From an uncultured delta proteobacterium (GTDB lineage: Bacteria; Myxococcota_A; Polyangia; Polyangiales; Polyangiaceae), in NCBI GenBank assembly GCA_963806225.1, contig CAWDXG010000004.1, positions 2,560,001 to 2,624,000 of the forward strand: a stretch of DNA of 64,000 nt, read 5' to 3'. How positions within the stretch are numbered: position 1 is the stretch's first letter; the number at the start of each line of letters is the position of its first letter. Both the position numbers and the translations under genes were made by a program. Below, in pieces: positions 21,601 to 32,890 of this stretch. A model generated the notes under the pieces. That model searched no databases, was not told where the DNA came from, and saw only the letters and a list, made by a program, of their open reading frames with translations.

Positions 21601-22895
21601 CACGCCGCCTCCAGTACCATCGCCGCCCCAAGCCCGCCGGCTGCGCACGCCGTGCACAGCGCGAGTCTGCCACCCCGTCTCTTGAGCTCGCGCAGCGTCT
21701 GGGTGATCTGGCGTGCCCCGGTCGCTGCAAAGGGATGGCCGACCGCGAGCGACCCGCCGTTGACGTTGAACTTCTCCCAGTTGACGTCGCCGATCTTCTT
21801 CTTCCGGCCAAGCTTTTCCTGAGCGAACCTATCGCTCTCGAACGCCTGTGTGTTGCTCAGGACCTGCGCGGCGAAGGCCTCGTGCATGTCGATCAGGTCG
21901 AGGTCCCCAAGCTCGATGCCCGCGCGTTCCAACGCCATCGGCGTGGCGTACGACGGCCCCATGAGCATCTGCCCAGCCGGGTCCAGCGCCGCGAACGCGT
22001 AGGCTTTGATGTAGCCGAGCACGTCCCGGCCCTCGGCCTTGGCCTTGTCCGCATTCATCAGGACGAGTGCGCTGGCGCCGTCGGTGAGCGCTGAGCTGTT
22101 GCCAGCGGTGATGGTGCCGTGCTTCCTGTCGAATGCCGGCTTGAGCCTGGAGTAGCTCTCGAGCGAGGAATCGCGACGGACCAGGTTGTCCTCGTCGAAA
22201 GCCTCGTATCGGGGCGGTACGAAGACGTGCATCACTTCGTCCTCGAAGCGACCGTCCTCCCAGGCCTTGGCGGCCAGACTGTGGCTGCGATGTGCGAACT
22301 CGTCCTGTGACTGCCGGGTGATGCCGTTTTCCTTGGCCATCTTCTCCGCGCTCTCGCCCATGGTGAGCCCCGTGGACGGTTCCTCGAGCGCCGGCGGCAC
22401 CGGTACGAGATCGCGAGCGGAGATCCCCTTGAAAGCGGCGAGCCGCTGCCCGACCGAGCGCGCCCGGCTGGCCTTGATCAGTGCCTCGGCGAGCTTCTTG
22501 CTGACGGCGATCGGCACATCGCTGGCGCTGTCCGCGCCGCCGGCGACGCCGCAGTCGATGGCACCCGCCATGATTGCCTCGGCAACGTTCACGGCGGACT
22601 GGTAGCTGGTCGCGCAGGCGCGCGAGACGCTGTACGCCTCGATGTCGCGCGGCATTCCGGTCCCCAGTACGATCTCGCGCGCGATGTTCGGCGCGCTCAG
22701 CGACGGCACGACCTGGCCGTAGACGACCTGCTGGATCTCGCTGGGATCGATGCTGATGCGCTGCAGCAGCTCGGCGACGACGAGCTTGCCCAGATCGAGC
22801 GCCGACAGATCCCTGTACGCCGTGCTCTGCTTGGCGAACGGGGTGCGGAGCCCTGCGACGATGGCGACCTTGCGGGCGCCGTTGCTGCTCTCCAT
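21600..22895 (-). CDS. fadI: Acetyl-CoA C-acyltransferase (thiolase)
   Basis: [32 protein letters not shown]; stop overlaps the fadJ ATG. Confidence 0.95.
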   Translation of the reverse strand: MESSNGARKVAIVAGLRTPFAKQSTAYRDLSALDLGKLVVAELLQRISIDPSEIQQVVYGQVVPSLSAPNIAREIVLGTGMPRDIEAYSVSRACATSYQSAVNVAEAIMAGAIDCGVAGGADSASDVPIAVSKKLAEALIKASRARSVGQRLAAFKGISARDLVPVPPALEEPSTGLTMGESAEKMAKENGITRQSQDEFAHRSHSLAAKAWEDGRFEDEVMHVFVPPRYEAFDEDNLVRRDSSLESYSRLKPAFDRKHGTITAGNSSALTDGASALVLMNADKAKAEGRDVLGYIKAYAFAALDPAGQMLMGPSYATPMALERAGIELGDLDLIDMHEAFAAQVLSNTQAFESDRFAQEKLGRKKKIGDVNWEKFNVNGGSLAVGHPFAATGARQITQTLRELKRRGGRLALCTACAAGGLGAAMVLEAA

Positions 22896-23042
22896 GTCGA
22901 TTCCTCCTGGCCGGCGCGCCCGACGAGGGGGCGGCGCTACTCGGACCCGGCGCACAAGACGCCTGCAGCCCGGCCGCCTGGATAAGCACCATGACGCGGC
23001 GTGTCAAGGCACGGGCGTGACGGGGGGCAGTAAGAGCGGCGC

Positions 23043-23531
23043 TCAGCCTGTCTCTGCGACGACGGGTTCCACGACGGGCGCCGTCGGCACGACTCCGCTT
23101 TCGCTGCGCGTCTCGGGGAAGCGGACACGGACCGACACGTTGTCGCCGGCGAGCTCGCCGCACAGGGCCCCAGCCAGGGCCATCAGACCGTGACGGACGC
23201 CGTCGGCGACGCTCTCGTCGGCCACCAGCAAGAGCTCGCCACCCTCGGCAGATGCCATGTGGCGGCACGCGGCGCGCGCGATGTCTTCGCGCAGCTCGAG
23301 GGCCGCAGGATCCATGTTTCCGTTGGTAGCGATCAGCCCGAACACGATGGGACCATCGAGCGAGCTCATGCGGTGCTTGACCCGCGCCGCGAAGTCCTCG
23401 GGCGCCTCGCCGGCGAGCTGCGCTTCGACAACCGAGTTCGGCGCATGATGAGCGCCGGTCATCTCGGGCCAACCTGCCCCCGCCTCCATGACGATCAGGG
23501 AAACCCTGGTCTCGTCGCTATCCATATCCAT
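23043..23531 (-). CDS. Hypothetical protein
   Basis: 162-aa ORF with host-like codon usage and a purine-rich RBS upstream. Confidence 0.65.
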   Translation of the reverse strand: MDMDSDETRVSLIVMEAGAGWPEMTGAHHAPNSVVEAQLAGEAPEDFAARVKHRMSSLDGPIVFGLIATNGNMDPAALELREDIARAACRHMASAEGGELLLVADESVADGVRHGLMALAGALCGELAGDNVSVRVRFPETRSESGVVPTAPVVEPVVAETG

Positions 23532-23830
23532 CCTGTCCCCTCCTTCCGGAGCTGCCCGGAGGCGCTCCCTTCAAGTGCTCTATCCAATCCCCAGGCGGGC
23601 TCGCGTATTCCCGAAGCCGCGCAACCGGAGACACGCGCAGGCGAGTATCTGCCCCGCGCAATATTGCCCCATGCCAGCGGAGCGGGAGATGTTTCCCGCC
23701 TCACGAACTGTCACTCAAGCGAACCTGACAATGGGATCGATGCAGCGCGCCGTCAAGCATCCGGGATCGATTGTCCTTGAGCCCACAGAACCGCAATAAA
23801 TACGGGCCGCGTATGCATGACGCGACGCAT

Positions 23831-23859
23831 ACAAAGTGCGACCGAACCGTCGGTCGCAC
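23831..23859 (-). terminator. Terminator hairpin after the amidase gene
   Basis: Plus strand GTGCGACCGA-ACCG-TCGGTCGCAC perfect 10-bp stem; followed by TTTGT on the minus strand. Confidence 0.6.
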
Positions 23860-23860
23860 A

Positions 23861-25279
23861 TCAGGCGCAGAGCGGCGGCTCGCGATCGATCCAGGGACGC
23901 GCCTGTTCGAGCTGTGCCGCGAGCCGGAACAAGGTGGCTTCGTCTCCGTAGCGCCCGATGAAGTGGGCGCCGATCGGCAGCCCCGCTTTGTTCCAGAAAA
24001 GCGGGACATTCATCGCGGGCTGACCGGTGACGTTCTGGATCGGAGTGAACGGCGCGAAGGCGGCGGCGCGCATCAACGGCGCAATCGGATTGTCCTCCGG
24101 AGCATCGAAACTGCCGAGTGGAAGCGGCGGCTCGGCAAGCGTCGGCGTCAGCCACACGTCGTACTGCTCCATGAAGCGCGCGACCTCGCGCGCGATGCGC
24201 TGCAACAGGCCCACCGAGAGGAGATACGCCGAAGCGCTGTGCCCACGGCCTACCTCTGCAAGCGCCATGCTGAGCGGTTCCACGTTGTCCGGCGTGGCCG
24301 TCGTGCCGCTGATCATTCCCATGCCGTCGAGCGTCGCAGCGGCGCCAGCCGTCCACGGCACCATGAACGCCTGGCTCAGCATGTCGCCGGCGATCGGCGG
24401 GTCCTTCTCCTCGACGTGATGCCCGAGCTCTTCGCAGAGCTTCGCCGCGTCCTTGACGGCCGCAATGCAGTCCGCGTGCACATCCACGCCGGTCGGTGCC
24501 CGCATGCTGAACGCGATGCGGAGCTTGCCGGGCGACGCTTTCACTTCCTCGGCGTAGGGGCGCGTGGGCGGCGGCGCGAAGTACGGATCGCCGGGCATCG
24601 GGCCCTGTGTGGCGTCGAGGATCGCGGCGCTGTCGCGCACGCTGAGTGTGACAGCGTGTTCGACCACCAAGCCGTTCATGATGTCGCCCAGGTCGGGACC
24701 GAGCGTGATGCGACCGCGCGTCGGCTTGAGCCCGAACAGGCCGCAGCATGATGCGGGGATGCGGATCGAACCACCGCCGTCGTTGGCGTGCGCGGCCGGT
24801 ACGATGCGCGCTGCCACTGCCGCCGACGACCCACCGCTGGAACCACCCACGGTGTAGGCGGTGTTCCACGGGTTGTGCGTGGGGCCATACAGAAGTGGCT
24901 CCGTGGTCGGCAGAAAACCGAACTCCGGCGTATTGGTCTTGCCGACGAAGATGAACCCCGCGCGTCGCAGCCTGGCGACCAGCTCGCTATCGTGATCCGG
25001 CACGAAGTCCTTCAGCATGCGCGAACCGGAAGTCAGCGGCGCGTCCTTGCACGCCGCCAGGATGTCCTTGAGCAGATACGGTACGCCCTTGAACGGCCCG
25101 TCTGGCAGCTCGCTCCGGGCCGCTTCGCGGGCCTGGTCGAACATGGGGTGGATCACCGCGTTGAGCTCGGGGTTCAGCCGCTCGATTCGTGCGACGGCGT
25201 CGTCGACGAGCTCGAGGGGGGTGGCGTTCCGCTCGCGTACGAGCTCGGCGAGAGCGGTGGCGTCGTTGACATCGGTCAT
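23861..25279 (-). CDS. Amidase (amidase signature family)
   Basis: [34 protein letters not shown]. Confidence 0.95.
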   Translation of the reverse strand: MTDVNDATALAELVRERNATPLELVDDAVARIERLNPELNAVIHPMFDQAREAARSELPDGPFKGVPYLLKDILAACKDAPLTSGSRMLKDFVPDHDSELVARLRRAGFIFVGKTNTPEFGFLPTTEPLLYGPTHNPWNTAYTVGGSSGGSSAAVAARIVPAAHANDGGGSIRIPASCCGLFGLKPTRGRITLGPDLGDIMNGLVVEHAVTLSVRDSAAILDATQGPMPGDPYFAPPPTRPYAEEVKASPGKLRIAFSMRAPTGVDVHADCIAAVKDAAKLCEELGHHVEEKDPPIAGDMLSQAFMVPWTAGAAATLDGMGMISGTTATPDNVEPLSMALAEVGRGHSASAYLLSVGLLQRIAREVARFMEQYDVWLTPTLAEPPLPLGSFDAPEDNPIAPLMRAAAFAPFTPIQNVTGQPAMNVPLFWNKAGLPIGAHFIGRYGDEATLFRLAAQLEQARPWIDREPPLCA

Positions 25280-25332
25280 GGGGACTCCCGGTCGAGGGGA
25301 ACCCGATGTTGTGACGAAGCACACCTCGACCG

Positions 25333-26589
25333 CTACAAGAAAGCGATGGGCACCAGCCCGAGGGCCGCGAGTCCGAGCAGCAGCCACAACGAGAGCCGAC
25401 CGGTCGCACGGTCCGAGATGCCCAGCGCGTAGATACCCTTGATCACGTTGTTGCTCGCCGCCGCCAGCGCTATCGCAATCGCCGCGACGTGGAGCGTCGT
25501 CGCCGAGCTCTGCGTCACGCCGAGAATGAACGGGTCGACATCCGTAACGCCCATGATCCCGGCAAGACCGTAGACGCCGCGGTGACCCAGGTGCTCGGAT
25601 GCGAGCCGCGTCAGGACCAGCATGGCGACGAAGATCGCGGCGAACGCGAAGGCCGTGCCCAGCTCCAGCGGGTTCTTCGTGGCGACCTCGGAAGTGCGGT
25701 CATCTTCCTGGTGCCTGCGGCGCGTCAGAAGCCAGCCCGAAAGGCCGGCGAGGGCCGCAAGCAGCAAGAAACCCGGCGCGAGCTCTTCGCCGAGCGGTGG
25801 GTTGAAGAACAGGACCAACACCACGAGCCGTGCGTACATCACGCCGGAGGCGGCCAGAATACTGCCGGCAAACACGTTCGGCGCTCTGTGCACCCTGGCC
25901 CGCCGCGCCAGCGCAATGGTCGTCACCGTGGACGAGTAGGCCCCACCTAGCAGCGCCCCGAGCAGGACCCCGCCCCGCCCGCCGAGCACCTTCTGCAGTA
26001 CGTAGCTGCCGTAGGACACGCCACACACCGCCACGACCACCAGCCACGTCTTGAACGGATTCAGATCGAATACGGTGAACGATTCGTTCGGTACGATCGG
26101 CAGGATCACCACCGACAGGAGCAGGAACTTGGCGAAGGCGGCGATCTCGTCGCCGGCGATGCGCGACGTGAGCTTCTCCAGCGCGGACTTGAGCTCGAGC
26201 AGCAGCACGCCCACCACGGCGAGCGTCGCCGCCAGCCAGTACAGCTTCTGGTAGACGACAGCGCCGATCAGGTAGACGAGCAGGCCACTCATCTCGGTCG
26301 TCAGGCCAGCCGTCTCCGAGGTCGAGAGCTTGTGGCGGTACGAAACCAGCATGAACGCCCCGACCACCACGAATCCCAGGATCAGCGGCAACACCTCCGG
26401 TCCGGCCAGAAGCGCGAGCACGTAGCCGACGAGGCCTATCAGCGGGAAGGTGCGGACGCCGCCGAACGCGTAGTGCGTCGTCTTCGTCTTGTGTTCCTCA
26501 CGCTCGAATCCAACGAGGAACGACAGGAACAGCACCAGCGCGATCTGGACGACTCCAGTAGGAAGTAGCCTCGTCAAGGCGCCGCTCAT
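25333..26589 (-). CDS. MgtC/SapB family membrane protein with DUF4010
   Basis: [36 protein letters not shown]. Confidence 0.9.
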   Translation of the reverse strand: MSGALTRLLPTGVVQIALVLFLSFLVGFEREEHKTKTTHYAFGGVRTFPLIGLVGYVLALLAGPEVLPLILGFVVVGAFMLVSYRHKLSTSETAGLTTEMSGLLVYLIGAVVYQKLYWLAATLAVVGVLLLELKSALEKLTSRIAGDEIAAFAKFLLLSVVILPIVPNESFTVFDLNPFKTWLVVVAVCGVSYGSYVLQKVLGGRGGVLLGALLGGAYSSTVTTIALARRARVHRAPNVFAGSILAASGVMYARLVVLVLFFNPPLGEELAPGFLLLAALAGLSGWLLTRRRHQEDDRTSEVATKNPLELGTAFAFAAIFVAMLVLTRLASEHLGHRGVYGLAGIMGVTDVDPFILGVTQSSATTLHVAAIAIALAAASNNVIKGIYALGISDRATGRLSLWLLLGLAALGLVPIAFL

Positions 26590-26681
26590 TGTTTCAATGT
26601 AAGAACGTCCGACGAGCGATGCATCCGCGGGGCGGTGACTGGCCCTTGCTTCCCCGTGCCGGGCGGGTACCGTCCCCCTCG

Positions 26682-27455
26682 ATGACTTCGCGCAAGCTCG
26701 GCCTTGTTTGCCTGCTGCTTCTGGCTCAGGGCTGCCACCACGACAAGCTGCCCGAGCCGTCCGATCGCAGCGACGGCCAGTTGCCCCAGCTCGACGTGCA
26801 CCACGTGGCAGAGCACGCGATCCACGTGGATGGGCGGCTTTCCGAGCCGGCGTGGCAGAGCGCAGCCTCCACGGGGCTCTTCGTGCGTCCGGGCAGCGGC
26901 AAGGCCGACTCCGCCTCGCATGTGAACGCCAGCGCGAAGATGTTGTGGGACGCGCTGGCGCTGTACGTCGGCTTCACGGTGTACGACCCGTCGCCGGGAA
27001 CGCCGTTCAAACGCGGGGATGTGGATCCACATATCTGGGAGCGCGCTTCCGGGGTCGAGCTGATGCTTCAGCCCGGCGAGCCGGGCAACAACAAGAACTA
27101 CTTCGAGATCCAGGTCGACACCGCCGGAGCGGTCTGGGACACGCGCTTCGACGACTACAACCAGCCCATCACCGGCTCGGGCCCCGCGCGACGCTTCGGT
27201 CACCAGGACTGGTCCGCCCATCTCGAGCGCGCGGCCCGCGTCGACAAGGGCCACTACACCCTGGAGATGGCGCTGCCCTGGAGCGCTATCACCCGCGTCG
27301 CCGCGCACGTGCCGCCGCGTCCGGGCGATGTCTGGCGGGCGAACCTCTACAGCTTCCGGAATGGCCAGCGCGACGCGATGGCCTGGTCGCCCATCCTCGG
27401 CCAGGGCAACTTCCACAAGGCAGCCCGCTTCGGCAGGTTGCGCTTCGGGCCGTAG
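26682..27455 (+). CDS. Carbohydrate-binding family 9-like (DOMON) lipoprotein
   Basis: Lipobox AQGC; VDGRLSEPAW, YFEIQV, TLEMALPW, GDVWRANLY, FHKAARFGRLRF. Confidence 0.85.
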   Translation: MTSRKLGLVCLLLLAQGCHHDKLPEPSDRSDGQLPQLDVHHVAEHAIHVDGRLSEPAWQSAASTGLFVRPGSGKADSASHVNASAKMLWDALALYVGFTVYDPSPGTPFKRGDVDPHIWERASGVELMLQPGEPGNNKNYFEIQVDTAGAVWDTRFDDYNQPITGSGPARRFGHQDWSAHLERAARVDKGHYTLEMALPWSAITRVAAHVPPRPGDVWRANLYSFRNGQRDAMAWSPILGQGNFHKAARFGRLRFGP

Positions 27456-27456
27456 C

Positions 27457-28083
27457 TCAGAACTTCGCGAAGTCGTAGCCGACGGTCGCGCCGAGGGCGA
27501 CGGTGTCCCCCGGGTGTCCGATGTCGACCAGCGACAGCTGCGCCTGGATGTCGAAATCCCCGATCCGGTAGCCTGGCAGGACGTTGAAGCCGACCTTCGC
27601 CCGCGTGGTCGAGGTGTCACCGGCACGCACGGTGAGCACGTTCAGGCCGAGCTCCCCTCCGATGTGGAAACCCTGGCACTTGCCGGAAACGAAGTATCGG
27701 GCGCCGACCCAGATCGGCACGTCGCCGAGGCCGTACTTGTAGCTGACGCTGTTCACGGTCGTGGACGTGTCGAGACCGTAGAGGTAGCCGATGCGCCCGG
27801 TAATACCGAACGACGGCGACAGTCCCCGCGCGTACTTGACGAGCCCCCCGAGCATCACGCCCGTCGCGTCGCCAAGATTGCCGACCGGGACGAGGAAACC
27901 CACGTCGGCTCCGACGAAGCTCCTCGGGCCCTGGCCGCTCTCTTGTCCGGCATCGGGGGCCGCGGCCTGGGTTGGAGCGCCGTCATCGCTCGCCGACGCG
28001 TCATCGCCGGGCTCTGCCAACGCGGTCGTGGCGCCCAGGGCGATGATCGTGCCGAGCGCAAGCGGGAAGATGCGAAAGCTCAT
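27457..28083 (-). CDS. Outer-membrane beta-barrel protein
   Basis: Signal peptide ending ALA, alternating amphipathic strands, C-terminal GYDFAKF. Confidence 0.8.
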   Translation of the reverse strand: MSFRIFPLALGTIIALGATTALAEPGDDASASDDGAPTQAAAPDAGQESGQGPRSFVGADVGFLVPVGNLGDATGVMLGGLVKYARGLSPSFGITGRIGYLYGLDTSTTVNSVSYKYGLGDVPIWVGARYFVSGKCQGFHIGGELGLNVLTVRAGDTSTTRAKVGFNVLPGYRIGDFDIQAQLSLVDIGHPGDTVALGATVGYDFAKF

Positions 28084-28144
28084 AGGGCTCGCGAGCCTAC
28101 CGCCTCGGGGCCGCGGACGGGCCACATTTCCGCGTGCTACCGGA

Positions 28145-29398
28145 TTACCCCGCGATGGTGTCGTAGAAGAGCTGCGCCAGCGCGGCGTGACCGGCTGCGT
28201 TCGGATGGATGCACGTCAGGTCGAACCAGAGCGGCTCGTTCGGCCCCCGGTAGCAGGGCGCGGTCGGGTCGTTGCGCTTGTAGCCGTGCCCACAAAAGCT
28301 CTCCAGCATGAAGATCATGTCGCTGTGCGTGTCGACGGCGATCTTCATGTACTGCTCCTCGGTCCAGATGACGATGTCCTTCTGGGCCTGGAGGTCCTGC
28401 CAGGGCTGGATGCCGGCGATGGCGGAGCTGGAGCAGCTGCTGACGTCGCCCGTGCCGTCGGTGAACTCGTAGTTGTTGGCGAACACCACGTCGACGCCAC
28501 CAGGTACGTTCTTCGAGTCCTTCATCCAGGTCACCGCGTCGCGCAGGAGCTGCACGAAGCTCTGCGCGTCCTGCCACAGCTGGGGGATCGTCTTCGCCGG
28601 ACTGGTGCCGCCGCCGTCCTTGGTGATGGCGTCGATGTCGTTGCCGCCCATCGTCATGATCACGAGGTAGTGCTTGTCACGCTCGCCGGCCGGGATGCAG
28701 TCGGTGACCTGCTGGTTGTCCTTCATCAGGTCATCGGTGCGCGCACCCCACTTGGCGCAGCTGATGAAGTCCCCCGATTCATGCGGCGCAGCCACACCGT
28801 TGATGACGTTGGCTCCGCCCCAAAGCGGCCCGGGCGGCGTGAGGTTGAACAGCTTCGCCAGCTTCTTCGCGAGGATCGCGCGGTACACCGCACCCGGGTT
28901 CACATCCGTGGGCGGAGTGCCGACGGTGACCGAGTCGCCCAGGAACACAACTTTCTGGACACCCTTGATGTCCTGCATGTTCGTGCCTTCGCAGTGCGCG
29001 CCGATGACCGGACTGAACTGATCGTAGTTGGGGCCGCCGGTGTTGCCGTTGACGTACTGCCCGTCGAAGCACTTCGCCGCGGTGAGCGGTCCGGCGTCGG
29101 TTCCGCCGGCCCCCGCCGCGCCGGCTGCACCGCCGGTGCCAGCTCCGCCGTCCGTGCCTGCTGCGCCCTGCCCTGCGGTACCACCGCCGCCGCCGACGGC
29201 TCCGCTGCCAGCCGCACCTCCGGACGCGGCCGAGCCGCCGCTGCCGCCCGCCGCGCTGCCGCCGGTTGCGCCGCTGCCGCCCGTCGCACCGACGCCCGCC
29301 GCGCCAGATGCCCCGCCGCTACTGCTCGTCTGGTCGCCCGACGAGCAGGCCACGGACACCCCAAGAACCCCCACGAGAAGAAGAACGCGCCCATGCAT
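28145..29398 (-). CDS. SGNH/GDSL hydrolase lipoprotein
   Basis: Lipobox SVAC, Gly-rich linker, FLGDSVT, MGGND, CIHPN. Confidence 0.85.
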   Translation of the reverse strand: MHGRVLLLVGVLGVSVACSSGDQTSSSGGASGAAGVGATGGSGATGGSAAGGSGGSAASGGAAGSGAVGGGGGTAGQGAAGTDGGAGTGGAAGAAGAGGTDAGPLTAAKCFDGQYVNGNTGGPNYDQFSPVIGAHCEGTNMQDIKGVQKVVFLGDSVTVGTPPTDVNPGAVYRAILAKKLAKLFNLTPPGPLWGGANVINGVAAPHESGDFISCAKWGARTDDLMKDNQQVTDCIPAGERDKHYLVIMTMGGNDIDAITKDGGGTSPAKTIPQLWQDAQSFVQLLRDAVTWMKDSKNVPGGVDVVFANNYEFTDGTGDVSSCSSSAIAGIQPWQDLQAQKDIVIWTEEQYMKIAVDTHSDMIFMLESFCGHGYKRNDPTAPCYRGPNEPLWFDLTCIHPNAAGHAALAQLFYDTIAG

Positions 29399-29479
29399 GC
29401 GCGGAAGCATAGCAAGGTCGGCCAGCCGGTTCAAGGCCAGGGGCTTACCGAATCCGCCAGGCGACCTAGGCTCTCTGCC

Positions 29480-30355
29480 ATGACAGCGCTCTGGGACAAG
29501 CTCGAGTTCGGGCGCACCGGCGTTCCGGTGAGCCGCCTCGCCATCGGGTCGAGCTACGGGGTCGGAGGCAGCGATCTGGAACGCGCCTACGAGCGCGGCA
29601 TCAACTTCTTCTTCTGGGGGATGAGGCGCACCGGCCGCTTCGCCGAAGGCGTGCGCACCGTGGCAGCGAAGGACCGCGAGTCGATGTGCATCGCGATCCA
29701 GACCTACTCGCGCTCCGCGCTCCTGGTGCGGCCGTGGGTCGAGAAGGCGCTGAGGGGGCTCAAGACCGACTACGTCGACATCCTCACGCTCAGCTGGTGG
29801 AGCGACATGCCGCCCGAGCGCATCATCGACGCCGCGCTCGAACTGCGTGACGAGGGCAAGGCACGTCACCTCATGATCTCGTGCCACCACCGCCCGAGCT
29901 TCGCGCGCATGATCGACGATGACCGCTTCGAAGCGATCATGGCGCGCTACAACGCCGCCCACACCGGAGCCGAGCGCGAGGTGTTCCCGCTGCTGGACAC
30001 GGCGGAGCGGCGGCCGGGAGTGCTCGCGTTCACGGCGACGCGCTGGGGCTCGTTGCTCGATCCGTCTTTCGTTCCCGAGGGAGAGCGCACGCCCACCGCC
30101 ACGGACTGCTATCGCTTCGTGCTTTCGAATCCCGACGTGGACGTATCGCTGTGCGGCCCGAAGAACGGCCGGGAGCTCGACGGCGCGTTCGCCGCGCTCG
30201 ACAAGGGCCCGCTCGACGCCGAAGAGATGGCCTGGATGCGCCGCGTCGGAAGCACGGTCCATGAACGCCGGCCGGGCCGCGGCCCCGTCAACACGCTCGA
30301 CAAGGTCGCGAATTTCTTCGCCCGGCGCCGCCCTGCAGCGGAAGCGCCGGAGTAG
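29480..30355 (+). CDS. Aldo/keto reductase family protein
   Basis: FGRTGVPVSRLAIG, ALRGLKTDYVDIL, LRDEGKARHLMISCH. Confidence 0.85.
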   Translation: MTALWDKLEFGRTGVPVSRLAIGSSYGVGGSDLERAYERGINFFFWGMRRTGRFAEGVRTVAAKDRESMCIAIQTYSRSALLVRPWVEKALRGLKTDYVDILTLSWWSDMPPERIIDAALELRDEGKARHLMISCHHRPSFARMIDDDRFEAIMARYNAAHTGAEREVFPLLDTAERRPGVLAFTATRWGSLLDPSFVPEGERTPTATDCYRFVLSNPDVDVSLCGPKNGRELDGAFAALDKGPLDAEEMAWMRRVGSTVHERRPGRGPVNTLDKVANFFARRRPAAEAPE

Positions 30356-30358
30356 GCG

Positions 30359-31435
30359 TTGCTCGCCCTCCAGGCACTCCTTCCCGAAGCCCTCGCCGCG
30401 GCAGCCCCCACGATGAGCGCCGCGGAGTCGCGGCGGATCGTGGCGGCAGTGCACCGCACCGGGCGTCTGCCGGAGTACGTCGCGCACGTGCGTCGCGTCG
30501 CGCTCGACGCCGCGCGCGCCGTCGGTCACGTGCCCGCGTTGACCGAGGTCGACCGGCGCGAGAGCGCGCTCGACCCGTTCGTGAAGTTCGCGTTCGAAGC
30601 CGCGGACGGCCTGCGCTTCGAGACGGTGCGCATTCCGCTGGAGCGCGCCGGCCGCTACGCGGTGTGCGTCAGCTCGCAGGTCGGATGCGCTCTCGGCTGC
30701 GCGTTCTGTGCAACTGGACGGCTCGGGCTGTCGCGCAACCTGGAAGCGTGGGAGATCGTCGAGCAGGTCCGGCACGTGCAGCAGGGCCTCGGTTCGCGGA
30801 AGCGGACGAACGGCGCCACGCCGCGCGTGCACGGCGTGGTGTTCCAGGGCATGGGCGAACCGCTTTCGAACATCGATCGCGTGCTCGGAGCGATCGACGT
30901 GATGACGGCTCCCGGCGCGATGGCCATCGATGCGCGAGCCATCACGGTGTGCACGGCGGGATTGCCGGCGGGGATCCGGCGTCTGGCCGAGCGGGCACCG
31001 CGCGTTCGGCTCGCGATCTCGATGGGCAGCGCGCGTCCCGGGACGCGCCGGCAGCTCATGCCGGTGACCACGGCCCACCCGCTCGAAGACGTGCTCGACG
31101 CCGCGCGGGAACACGCCGGGCTCACCGGGCTCGCACCGCTGTGGGCGATCACACTGCTGTCCGGCGTCAACGATTCGACGGAGCTTGCGCGGGAGCTGGC
31201 CGCACTGGTGCTCGACTTCCGCGAAAAGACCGGATTGCGCCCGCGCGTCAGCATCATTCCGTACAACGCCATTGCCGACGGCAACGACGACCCTTTCAGT
31301 GCGAGCTCCCTCGAGCGCGAGAACGCCTTCCGTGCGGTGCTGCGCGAAGCGGGCATCCCCACGCACCGGCGCTACAGCGGCGGCAGCGACGTCGCCGCGG
31401 CGTGCGGTCAGCTCGCGCTGCGCAGCGCGCCCTAG
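30359..31435 (+). CDS. rlmN: RlmN/Cfr-family radical SAM RNA methyltransferase (divergent N-terminus)
   Basis: CVSSQVGCALGCAFCATG, GMGEP, GVND, AACGQL; may be a paralog rather than the housekeeping copy. Confidence 0.8.
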   Translation: MLALQALLPEALAAAAPTMSAAESRRIVAAVHRTGRLPEYVAHVRRVALDAARAVGHVPALTEVDRRESALDPFVKFAFEAADGLRFETVRIPLERAGRYAVCVSSQVGCALGCAFCATGRLGLSRNLEAWEIVEQVRHVQQGLGSRKRTNGATPRVHGVVFQGMGEPLSNIDRVLGAIDVMTAPGAMAIDARAITVCTAGLPAGIRRLAERAPRVRLAISMGSARPGTRRQLMPVTTAHPLEDVLDAAREHAGLTGLAPLWAITLLSGVNDSTELARELAALVLDFREKTGLRPRVSIIPYNAIADGNDDPFSASSLERENAFRAVLREAGIPTHRRYSGGSDVAAACGQLALRSAP

Positions 31436-31462
31436 CCCCGGCGGCGCGCACGCCTTCCGGAC

Positions 31463-32860
31463 TCAGATGTGCAGCGCGCGGCCGGCGACGGCCAGGGCCG
31501 CCTCGTGCACCGCCTCGGAGAGCGTGGGGTGCGCGTGACAGGTGCGGGCGATGTCTTCACTGCTCGCGCCGAACTCGATGGCGGCGACGAGCTCGGCGAT
31601 CAGATCGCCCGCGCGCGGTCCGATGATGTGCACGCCGAGGATGCGGTCCGTCTCCTTGTGCGCGAGGATCTTCACGCGGCCATCGGTGTGGCCGAGCGCG
31701 CGAGCGCGGCCGTTGGCGCTGAACGGGAACACGCCCTTTTCGTAGGGGATGCCGTCTTCCTTCAGCTGGTCCTCGGTGGCGCCGACGGAGGCGATCTCCG
31801 GATCGGTGTACACGACGCCGGGGATGGCGTCGTAGTTGACGTGGCCGTAGCCGGTGGCGAGGTACTCGACGCAGGCCACGCCTTCCTCCATGGCCTTGTG
31901 CGCCAGCATCGGGCCCTGGATCACGTCGCCGATGGCGTAGATGCCGTCGACGCGCGTGGCGTAGTGCTCGCTGACCGGAATGCGCCCACGCTTGTCGGGC
32001 TCGATGCCGACCGAGTCGAGGCCCAGGCCCTCGGTGTTCGGGATGCGTCCGACCGAGAGCAGCACGCGATCGCAGGTGATGGGGTCGGAGCCCTCGACCG
32101 TGACCGTGACCTGGTCGCCCTCGACCTTCGCGCCGGTGACGCGGGCACCGAGCTGGAAGGCCATGCCCTGCTTGCCGAAAAGCCGCTTCGCCTCCTTCGC
32201 GATTTCGCTGTCCATACCGGGCAGGATGCGGTCGAGGTACTCGAGCACGGTGACCTTCGCGCCCAGGCGGCTCCACACCGAGCCCATCTCGAGCCCGATG
32301 TAACCGGCGCCGATCACGACCAGGTGACCGGGCACCTCGGGGTACGACAGCGCCTCGGTGCTGGTGCCGATGCGATCGCCGTCGAGCTCCACGCCCTCGA
32401 GCGGTGCGACCTTGCTGCCGGTGGCGATCAGGATGTGCTTCGCCTCGAGTTCCGTCGTGCCGTCGCTGCTCTCGACGACAACGCGACCCTTGCCGGCAAT
32501 GCGACCGTGGCCCTGGTAGCGCTTCACCTTGTTCTTCTTGAACAGGAAGGCGACACCCTGCGTGTTTGCCTTCACGACCTCGGTCTTCTTTTCCAGCATG
32601 CGACCGAGGTCGAGCTCGACGCCCTTCACGCCGACGCCGAAATCGCCGAGCTGGTGCTTCGCCTGGTAGAAGAGCTCGCTCGCCTCGAGCAGCGCCTTCG
32701 AGGGAATGCAGCCAACGCGCACGCAGGTGCCGCCGAGCTCGCTTTCCGATTCGATGCAGGCGACGTCCATACCGAGCTGCGCGGCGCGGATCGCGGCCAC
32801 ATACCCGCCCGGCCCCGCGCCGATGACGACGAGATCGTGTTTCGTGGATTCAGCCATCAT
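31463..32860 (-). CDS. lpdA: Dihydrolipoyl dehydrogenase (E3)
   Basis: [28 protein letters not shown]. Confidence 0.97.
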   Translation of the reverse strand: MMAESTKHDLVVIGAGPGGYVAAIRAAQLGMDVACIESESELGGTCVRVGCIPSKALLEASELFYQAKHQLGDFGVGVKGVELDLGRMLEKKTEVVKANTQGVAFLFKKNKVKRYQGHGRIAGKGRVVVESSDGTTELEAKHILIATGSKVAPLEGVELDGDRIGTSTEALSYPEVPGHLVVIGAGYIGLEMGSVWSRLGAKVTVLEYLDRILPGMDSEIAKEAKRLFGKQGMAFQLGARVTGAKVEGDQVTVTVEGSDPITCDRVLLSVGRIPNTEGLGLDSVGIEPDKRGRIPVSEHYATRVDGIYAIGDVIQGPMLAHKAMEEGVACVEYLATGYGHVNYDAIPGVVYTDPEIASVGATEDQLKEDGIPYEKGVFPFSANGRARALGHTDGRVKILAHKETDRILGVHIIGPRAGDLIAELVAAIEFGASSEDIARTCHAHPTLSEAVHEAALAVAGRALHI

Positions 32861-32890
32861 CTGCACCGTGGTTCGAGTTGGGATTTTCTA

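Noticed and set aside
23658..23676. Sigma-54 promoter (TGGCATGGGGCAATATTGC, minus strand)
   Set aside because: The GG-to-GC spacing does not fit the strict -24/-12 geometry
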